Positions 54,759-64,000 of a stretch of 64,000 nucleotides of DNA are shown one piece after another. Within the stretch, counting starts at the first letter, position 1. Every line of letters begins with the position of its first letter. A program made the translations under genes and the position numbers. The DNA comes from Bigelowiella natans CCMP2755 (lineage: Eukaryota; Protista; Cercozoa): NCBI GenBank assembly GCA_000320545.1, contig ADNK01000005.1, positions 8,613 to 72,612 on the forward strand. The letters run 5' to 3'. A model generated the notes under the pieces. The model had not been told where the DNA came from. It saw only the letters and a program-made list of their open reading frames with translations, and did not search any database.

Positions 54759-56077
54759 ATGTTCACCCATTATGACATAGATTTGCGGTACGCACGAAAG
54801 ATATGTGGTTTTGATCTGCCTACCTTTCCAATGAATAGTTGATTAATTTTGCCCCTGATCTTATATCGTGCTGGAAAACTAGCCGATGTGACAAGCAAAG
54901 ATTGTGCCGGACGTTAAATTAGGCTTCATTGCCATGCGCATTGCAATGCACACATAGCAAAATCTAGAAATGCTTGAGTGTTGCGTTTTCAAATAAACAC
55001 TGTAGTATAGTAGGTTGCACATACGATCCTGCATTTGCTAGCTTGTTTTGATGAGCATTGTATGTAGCAGCATCGATCGCACGCAAAATGAAGGGGGAGG
55101 TAGTCGCCTAGCCGATGCCCGCCTTTTCAGTGTAGAGGCCGAAGTCTAGCAGAAGTTTCTCACATGTCACGGGCGATGAAAAGGCATCGCGCACAGCAAG
55201 GGGCCTTTGCAAAACGTAATGAAAATATTGAAAACATTTGTGTGATCGCATCACGTCGTCATGTCCGTCCGTCTCATAAATTTCCCATAGCATGCTAGCA
55301 TAATGCATGCAATTGCCAATGTGCTACGCTTGCTTATTGTTGTCACACGCACGACATGGCTTGCACAATAATAAGCTATTAGTAAGCACCACGCAGGCAA
55401 CATCCAACGCGGTAGCTAGGTAGTTGTGATGTCAATGTAGTCTAGATGTGAGTGCGCTACGTACTAGCTGCTAGTGTAGCTAGCATGCTAGCATGGCTAC
55501 GATGGCTGTTGCTGATGAGCGATGTACACATCTAGACATTAGCAATCAATGCTCTCGCATACGCATGGGATCGGATGCCACGCACTCACGTATACATGTG
55601 ATGAATTCTTGCATTCATCGATCTAGCGATGTTGTAGCAAGTCATCGATTACAACATTGTTGCTTCGTCTGTGCTAGCTAGCTAGTGTGCCATGCTAGCA
55701 TGTCCATAGCAGACTTATAGACTTTGGGATCTCATCGATGCTATTGATGCCATCGTACTTAGTACACGCTAGCACGCACATGCAAGCCTAGTATGCTAGC
55801 ATGTGTGACACTACTCTGCGCATCATGTCATCGCAAGACACGTAGGTACGCACATTTAATTTCGCTTTGTGTAAGCACCGGCATATCATAGTACCTAACT
55901 ATATAAAACGAGATAAGCACATGCATCTCTACCGTCATTTCAGTCTATTCTATGTACATGTTTTATTACCGCTAGCTTGCTGTGTATATCTGAATAAAAT
56001 GCTTGCTAAGTTCTACTCTGCTACTCAGAGAATCGCAGAGCTGGTGTGATGTTATTCCTACTATAGCGGCAACGAAG
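54759..56077. other. Convergent intergenic island 5
   Basis: Lies between two 3' ends. Dense gctagcatgctagc; weak remnant of the repeat ending TCCGTCTCA at 55268-55276. Confidence 0.7.
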
Positions 56078-56267
56078 CTATGAATGTTGGCTTGCATTCA
56101 TAATTGAATCAATAGTCGGCTTTATCTTTAGACGCAAACTACTTGAAGCCTCCGTTGGGCCGAAGTTCTATCGATCCAAACGTGAATTTTATCAACAGTT
56201 CGATCAGATATTACAACATATACATTTATTATAGCTCAATATAGCATGCCTAATATAAATTATAAAT

Positions 56268-56314
<47 letters not shown>

Positions 56315-56783
56315 TGCATAGCTATGTGTGTGGTGTGGTGTGTATGTGTGTGTGTGTGTTGGTATAGAAATTTATGTTTAAGATTTTCTCTCATTCTCCA
56401 CTTGATGCTAAGTTTGAATATTTGTCGTCAACTTAGAAAGGACTAATCATATGCTATGGTCATGGTCACCAGCACCATTAATATACACAAAACATAACCC
56501 GACAGCGCCACACAAACGGCGCAGGTACGACAAAGTATTACCGAAGTGTTTGCAACAACGTGCATCATTACAATTTGCATGTAGTAGCCATTTCTCCGAT
56601 CGACTAAGGGGTAATACCTACTCCAGACAAGTACCAGCATTTTAACCAACAATAAAATTGTTCCTTCCCGTCTTTTTTGGTTAATGTTTTTCGCCGCCAC
56701 CCTACCCAAAAAGGCCTGGGTCAGAATGTATATGTTGAGCCTGTTGTAGCATACAAAATGTGAGTATATATATTACAATATAT

Positions 56784-56818
<35 letters not shown>

Positions 56819-56907
56819 CATATGTATGTTAACACTTGCACCAACACTGCATGTGAAGATATGTGAGTGAGCATATTATTCACAATGAGAAAGTATACTA
56901 TTTCTCA

Positions 56908-56957
<50 letters not shown>

Positions 56958-59656
56958 CATATGTGTGTGTGTGTATAATATACACACAGTGTCAAAAGTT
57001 GTAAATTCATAATTAGGCAGAAGCCCACCTTGCAAGCCGGGGTCAAGGTGTCATTTCCTGAGAGTATTTACGCATTCAAACTATTTCTTCTTCCTCTCAC
57101 AAAATTCCACCAAAAGTATAATCTTAAAACGGACATCCCTGTACAAGGCAAACCTTGAATTTTCTATGGTGATGAATAAATAGCTAGCAGTAGTAGTTAT
57201 CCTCCCACCGTTGTTCCAGCACTCAATCCAATGTCCAAAACCGTAATGCCCTTTCATAATAATGGTGATGATAAATGTGATGACTATGAATGTGATGATG
57301 ATGATTGTGATGATGATGATGATGATGATGATGATGGGAGAGAGACTTATGATCATGCTGGAGGAAGTTTAATTCACATAAATTTCTGTGAGAACTCTAA
57401 CTCTCTCTCCCCCTTCCCCCCCCCCCCCTTATCTCTCTCACCTATCGTTTTTGCAAGGTCCATGGTACTATTAGAAGCATTCACTCCCTAAGAGGTAGTT
57501 AGTATAAACACACCAGATATGATTATTATGAGTAATAGTAGCACTAGTATTAGCTGCACTACTACTACTACTACATCGCAACATTGTTATCATATGGGAT
57601 CGTTGGAATGGTAACTAGGCGTTTTGCTCATTGTCCTTCCTTGGCCTTATAACGGACGAGAGATACAATGTATTTATTCCATCCATCCCCATTCAATTAA
57701 ACTCCTTTCCTTTATAACCACCACCACCACCACCACCACCTTCAAGGGGTCTGTGTAGTCGATTTCAATCTGATCGATGAGCTCTTTGGACAAGAATTCA
57801 TACGCCAAGTACCTATAATAGGTGAGGTCGAATGGTAGTCAAAAGAATAAGATGAGGAACAGGGTGACGTTCACTCGACTGAAAGAGACGAGGAGGAGGA
57901 GGAGGAGGAGGAGGAGGAGGAAGAATGAGTTAGTTACACAAGGTCAACTTCCAATCAGCATCAACTTATTTGTGGGTGGGTTTTAAGCTATATTTATTAG
58001 ATCAGTCGATAAATCTTCATCGCCCCCGCCAAATCTCTAAGGCGATTCCTTACTTCCTTAGTATTCGTTCATAGTCGTCGCCATTGATAATGAGAGAGGC
58101 AGCTAGCATGGGATTATTCTAGTTGACCAACAATCCGACAATTTATCGTAAGAAGAAGGCAACAGAACATACTCGAAATACTACGTGAAGTACACCTTTG
58201 GAAAGTAGCGTGCAAGATTTAAGCTAAGTCTCTTCACTAGATTCTCGTCTATAAGCTGCGCGATCGTCATATTGCTTGCGACGCATGCCACAGCACCTGC
58301 AAGCTAAGAAAGAAATAAGTGGAATAAAAAAGTTAAGTAACGTTGATATAGGTCGCTATGTTCGCTAGACAAGGTCTCATCAAAGTTTTGTTGGATCAAA
58401 ACGATGAGAACAATGGTGATGCTCTTTTCTCGCCGTTTAGAGCCGGTTTGTTGGAAAAATCGTTATTCTAAAAAAATGATGAAACAGAAATTAAAATTGG
58501 AGTGAAATCAAGTAAAATTTAAAGTTTTTGTTCCAAAGTAGGGTCGAGAGATAAAGCTGTCGGTGTTTCTTCCTAATGTCGGATGATAAGACACGAGAAG
58601 ACACTAATTTGAAAAAAGAAAAGAGAATCGACCTGAAGGTGGTAGGAGTTGTAGTCAAATACGGTACGAGGCTCGAATGCAAATGGAGCGTGCTCATATA
58701 TCTGCTGTGCGCACTTGACAAAATCATAAGAAGCTTTTCTGCGTGCAAAGTATGGGGGGGAGAGGCAGGGGGGAGAGGCCTGCTGTTACTTTGTTGCCCG
58801 ATTCTGTGTGTGTCTGTGTGTGTGTGTGTCCATGAATGGCCGACGATATTATCAAGAAACAAAGTTGTAAAATGATGAGAAGCGAAGTGTTGTCCTACGT
58901 CATGCATGGTTGTGAGCCTGCTACTCCGGAATCATAAAATCCGCTCGTGAACGAGAGTAAGCTGCGCAATGTCACTCGAGATCTGGGATCGGAACCATTC
59001 TATTCGTGAAAAATCGTCGTTATTTCCACGATTGATAAAAGGATATTGCGTCAAAACAATAAAATGGTGGCCGCTGCTACAATTTGTAAACCTTCGTCCA
59101 GAATTCGAGATAAGTTGACACAGGTTCATCAAGATCCACATATCCATCTTCAACCGTGCCAAGTATTGCTAGAAAAGAAGGAGAAGTAGAAGAAGGAGTA
59201 CTTGGAAGGAGTAAGGAGAGTTCTTCATCTGCAAATACTTTTCTCTCTGAATATATTTCCTTCTATCTTTTCTATCAAAATTAAAACAACCTACCCAAAG
59301 TTGCTGGGAACTTCGACCCTGAGGCTACTAGAAGAGGTGTCTTGAAACTGATCAACCTCCCAACTTGATGCTCGAACACCCGCCCCTCAGTGTTTCCCAC
59401 GCTTACTGCCTGTAACATACACAAAAGTGACTGTAATTCTAATAGAGAAGAGGAATGGTTTTCCCAGATGGATGCCACGTAATGCACTCACAAAGTTGTT
59501 CATCCAGCAGGTAGAATTGTCGCAGGCGTTCTTTGGCCATTCATCTAGCACTGAGCGTACTTCTTCCCAGCGTGGGTCATTTTGCACTGACGATTTTGAC
59601 CCCCCTCCGGCCGCAGCAACAACAGCAGTCACCAGGGCAAGGAGCTTCGAATTCAT
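56078..59656 (-). CDS. Secreted beta-lactamase-family (AmpC-like, PF00144) serine hydrolase, about 14 exons
   Basis: Signal-like MNSKLLALVTAVVAAAGG; SxxK motif VASGSKF (~59310-59330); AILGTVEDGYVDLDEPVSTYL; VTLRSLLSFTSG; FDYNSYHLQLAG; HYGFGHW; HSDPGLFGYYPLVD; end ...MNASQHS*. Confidence 0.85.
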
Positions 59657-60022
59657 TTGAGGCAGGGCTTTGAGGTGGGTATTCAATTGTGTGACGTATG
59701 TAGCGGAATCCTGAGAGAATATTTATGGAAAACTGTTGACGCAGAAAGAAAATCCCCTTTATTTACATTACACCTTGTCCACTTTTGCGGGAATAGAATT
59801 AGACTTTACTCGTCTCCGAAAATCTTTGTTTCCCCTCGGTTCTGAGCGCTTTAGCTAAGAAATCCCCTGCATTTCGTGTTATTATTAAGATTATCCCCAC
59901 TCAGAGAGGAAAGGTCTACTCCTCAATGGCGTCTCCTCAAGTGTAGCGCGAAGAGAAGGGGGTAGATTCAAGGAGAACACAACCACGAAGTAACTACAGA
60001 GCGACCGGAAGAGTGAATAAAC
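59657..60022. promoter_or_regulatory. Putative bidirectional promoter
   Basis: 366-bp head-to-head spacer. Confidence 0.5.
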
Positions 60023-60609
60023 ATGGAGGGCAAACTGGACAGCATGGACTCCAGTCTCCACTCCGCTATGGACATCAGTCTTCATTCTGAAGGGGGAGGG
60101 GAGGAGTACCCTCAGGACCATCCTCATGAAGCGGATATGTTTGCAGTTGATGCCCTTGCTGACAATGCAGATGAGAGGGAAAGTGGTGAGGAAAATAAGC
60201 GTGGACGAGAGTATAAGGCTTCCATCCCACACGAGCAATCAAGGGATGAGATGATGGAGCTCACAAGTAATTTTACTAATAGTGCCTAAAATGGGTATTC
60301 GTGGCTAATGGTAGCTAGTGGTGATGGACATACATTGTGTGTCGGCCGGAACTCACGCTCTCCCCTTATCCTAATCTATACGTAGGCGAGGGTCACAAGC
60401 TTGTTCTTGCAATGGTTGGGCTTCCCGCAAGAGGGAAGAGTTTCATAGCTCGGAAGATTAAGGTGAAAAACTTGCTTATTTCTCGTGAAGATGACGAACA
60501 GTAGACCCAATCACCTGTCAAACTAAAATAAATAGGCAAGAAAAGAAACGAGTAGAAAATACTTCTATTTTTGAAATACTTTTTGTTCTATTCGTTCGTC
60601 CACACACAA

Positions 60610-60667
<58 letters not shown>

Positions 60668-62207
60668 ACACACACACACACTCACGCACGCACGCACGCA
60701 CGCACGCATGCATGCACGCACGGACAAACGTAGACGTAGGAAATTAGTATATGCATCCTTCTCCTGTTCAACAACATTGTGTACATCATCACCGTTCTCC
60801 TGTGAAGCAACCTTGTTCTGTTGAATGCGTTTTCCTCCTCCCGTGCATCTATTCTTGATTACGGAATTCCCTCATCAACCCCCTTCTTTTATTAACAGTC
60901 GTATTTAAACTGGCGTGGGCTGTCATGCCGCATTTTTAATGCTGGACGCTATCGAAGGAGGTGTCGGAAGGAAGATAAGGATGCATCGCATAGTCGTCCC
61001 GACTACTTTGACACGAACAATAAAAAAGCCGTTGCGGAGCGTGAAAAGTATGCAATGATGGCAATGGAGGTATATTGATGAAATCTTCGTCGTATATCCT
61101 TAGTTACAGCGCTGTGGTTCATATTTGTAATTTTTTTTTTCGAACGTTGGAACAATGTGTAAGTATTCAAGGCCCTCCCTCAGTATGGCAAACAAATGTG
61201 GTAGCGTATTATGTTGAACTGGTGGTGTGTGTGTTGTTCCAAACCACGAATATAGGATATGTTGAACTGGTTTTCGGAAGGCGGAGAAGTTGGAATATTC
61301 GATGCAACAAACACTACCAGGAATAGGAGAGCAAGGATCGTCAAGGTCCTTTCCTAGCCCCTTCTTCATCACCCTTGGAAATAATAACGCATTGCTACAC
61401 CTACGTCATGATATTGTGTCAACTGGGCGGGAGATTCCTGCATGTATACTTTCCCCCTCCCTCTTCGCACTCTTTCCCTGGAAGGGTGATAATTGATTCT
61501 TCGTATACTTGTTAGACATGTCGGAGGTCAAAGGAAAGCATTGGTATCTTATTCATCGAGAGCATATGCGACGAAGAACAGGTGTATAAAGGGGCGGGGG
61601 GGGTGTTGGAATTTGAAATGGCAGCAGGCAGCCAGGCATGATCAACAGTTGTCTTGTTAGTTGTCATCCTCTCTTGTAATAATACCACAAAACGTGAGTA
61701 ATCTAGCCATGAAGAGGGTTATACAACACCGAAGATCATCTTTAATTTGCAAACACACACCACGGTCTCCTGGCTAATCCTCACCCACTCACTCACTCAC
61801 ACATGATTCATAGGTTATTGACAACAACATCCGGTGTAAAGTCACAACTTCTCCCGACTTTGAAGGGATGGACATCGAGGATGCAATCAGAGATATCAAA
61901 AAACGGATTGAGAGGTGGTGATGATGACGATGATGATGACGGTGATGATGTGGTGGAGATGGGGAGGAGGAGGAGGAGAGCAACACTTCGCATTCATCCA
62001 TCACCACCCACCCATACCTTCTCTCTTTCGGATGATCTTGCTGCTACTTCAGATACCAAGCCCGCTATGAGACGATAATGGAGGACAACTTGTCATACAT
62101 CAAGCTCTACAACCTCCAGTCTCGCGTATTTTGTAATAGAGTTTATGGTAGGATAGGCAAGGCACTGCTGCAGTTTCTGATGGCTATTCATATTGGGAGC
62201 CGGTACA

Positions 62208-62239
<32 letters not shown>

Positions 62240-62497
62240 GTGATCACTAGGACAACAGAATATGCTAGATGGAATATATGTTGTTGTTGTCGTTGTTGTT
62301 GTTTCAAATAGAGGAGGAGGAGGATTTATAGCAGTAGTGAATTCATATGTATATAGATGGTAGTCCGCTGGACGGTGGTCTTTTACCGATCTATGAAGCC
62401 CATCGTAGCTTTCACGACGACAACAACATTATTCTTGCAGATTAGTAGTATTTTCAAGAATCACATTCTGAGACATGATGATTATATGTTTGAAGTC

Positions 62498-62534
<37 letters not shown>

Positions 62535-63616
62535 TCCTATTATTATTATTTCTTAATCACAAAGCTTTCCTCCCCATTGTATAGGAGGATAGTGCTTGTG
62601 AGGGCGGGGGAAGCCAAGAATGCAAATGAGGTTGTTCTCCATCATCATCTTCATCTTTTCCTTTTCTCGTGTATATGTTACCACCAGATCGTCGTATTTC
62701 ACATCTTATCTTATCAATCTCCTTCTCGCAGATCTTCTCCGGGGGCACATTGCTGAATTTTGAAGGGGAGGAGCGTTCTGCCCACCTCTCAGAAAGCGGC
62801 CGCATCTTTGCACGCCATTTGGTCGTCTATCTTTTAAATCTTAATATGATGAAGATGATGATGATGATGATGATGATGATGATAATGGTGACAATGATGA
62901 TGGGAATATATGCGTCAAAAGAGCCAAAAAAGTTCAGGAGAGGAGGAGGAATCAGGCGGAGTTTATCCATTTGTGTTCCGTCCTGAGCATGCGTGTTTAC
63001 TTGTGTATGAGTGTGTTTGTGTTTGTGTTTATGTGTGTGTGTTTATGCTGGTTCCTCCCAACGTCCTCTTCCTCCCTATCCTCTCTTCCTTGCCCTCCTC
63101 TATTTTATACTTGACGATATTACTTCATCATCCCTCTGCTAGATATCGCACTTACTCCTCCTCCCCCCTCCCTCTATTTATCACCTCCAACCAGAGCCGG
63201 TACATGGCCGAGCTTCACGAGGATCATCGTCGTACAGAGCCGAGGAAGAATGCTTCATGCCTCCCCAGGACGAAGAGAGAGCATGATCAGCGCACGATCA
63301 AAAGGAGGAGAAATAGTAGTCACTCGAGAAACGGTTCATATCCCCCCCCCCTCCCCCTGGTGAAAAAGATGAGCGGCGACGATGATGAAGACAACGACGA
63401 CGCCGACGCCTCACGAAATAACACTCGTGATCCCCTTCGGGCCAGCAGTAGTGGTGCTATATATCGCCCCCCCCCTCGTGTACCATCTACCCAGACGGTG
63501 TACACAGATTTTGACGACCTTTCATCGTCCGCATTGGGGGAGAACGACGAGGGAGACTTCAAGGGGGGGGGGCTACAACCGGTAGGGAGGAGGAGAAATA
63601 ACAGCAGTGACAGCGG

Positions 63617-63649
<33 letters not shown>

Positions 63650-64000
63650 CACTAATAGATAGACAGTGACAGACAGATCTCTTGTAGTATCAAGTAAGTT
63701 GTAGTAGTGATATGATGTTGCGCATGATTTGTGAGAACAAATAAGAAGAAGAAGAAGAACAACAACAACAACAAATGGATGTGTTTGCAGTAGTCGTAGC
63801 AGTAGTAAGAAAAGTAGTAGTTGATGTAGATGATGTAGGTAGTTATCATAGATCCCTCTGTTTCTCTTCCTCATCCTCCTCCTCCTCCTCCTTCTTGTTC
63901 TTCTTGCAACAGTTGTGATTGACCCACTCAATGCCGATGGACGCCGATTAAAGAACCAGCAATTTAAGGTTTGTTGTGAGTACACATACACACACACACA
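60023..64000 (+). CDS. PFKFB: 6-phosphofructo-2-kinase/fructose-2,6-bisphosphatase-family protein (3' truncated by the window); FBPase-like domain has RAG instead of RHG
   Basis: LAMVGLPARGKSFIARKI (~60406-60460); FNAGRYRR; GIFDATNTTRNRR; LFIESICD; SPDF; SYIKLYN; LMAIHIGSRRIVLVRAGE (~62585-62612); LSESGRIFA. Confidence 0.9.

Larger units (their letters stand above)
2560..64000. repeat. Very abundant microsatellites ((GT)n, (GA)n, (TA)n, (CAT)n, (TAG)n, (GAG)n, (CAG)n), mostly intronic, some exonic
   Basis: Directly visible, e.g. 3481, 5431, 6247, 9413, 16211, 21575, 39712, 42635, 56270, 60601. They account for most spurious ORFs in the track. Confidence 0.95.

Noticed and set aside
56078-59656. 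Antibiotic-resistance beta-lactamase or bacterial contamination
   Set aside because: Many spliceosomal introns; most members of this family are esterases/peptidases.
2233-63997. Hundreds of short ORFs with poly-S/L/V/H/CV/RE tracts
   Set aside because: Translations of intronic microsatellites or antisense shadows of real exons.
1-64000. rRNA, tRNA, or intact transposase/RT genes
   Set aside because: No recognisable signatures seen by eye.

Overview
Intron-rich, microsatellite-laden eukaryotic nuclear DNA (inference: a protist, possibly a chlorarachniophyte/rhizarian; organism not proven). Most ORFs in the supplied track are microsatellite artefacts or isolated exons. Manual GT-AG splicing gives about 12 genes: SWSAP1-like RecA-fold protein (+); a ~30-exon protein with UBASH3/Sts-like His-phosphatase, Tudor, PDZ, Tudor and OTU domains (-); F-box-like/TPR/DUF179 protein (+); secreted TSP1 protein (-); small acidic MIER/SWR1-motif protein (+); IPC synthase (-); SMC2 (+); PPR-SMR protein (+); GAF hybrid histidine kinase (-); Ser-rich disordered protein (+); secreted beta-lactamase-family hydrolase (-); PFK-2/FBPase-2 (+, runs out of the window). 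Gene orientation alternates almost strictly. Head-to-head pairs share short spacers (about 0.4-0.75 kb). Every tail-to-tail gap holds a 0.8-1.3 kb island rich in CTAG/CATG/TGCA, and several islands carry an ~85-bp double-hairpin repeat ending CATTACATCCGTCTCA. The only tandem junction (SMC2 to PPR) holds a TpA-depleted coding-like relic. Exon boundaries and counts were made by eye and need confirmation.
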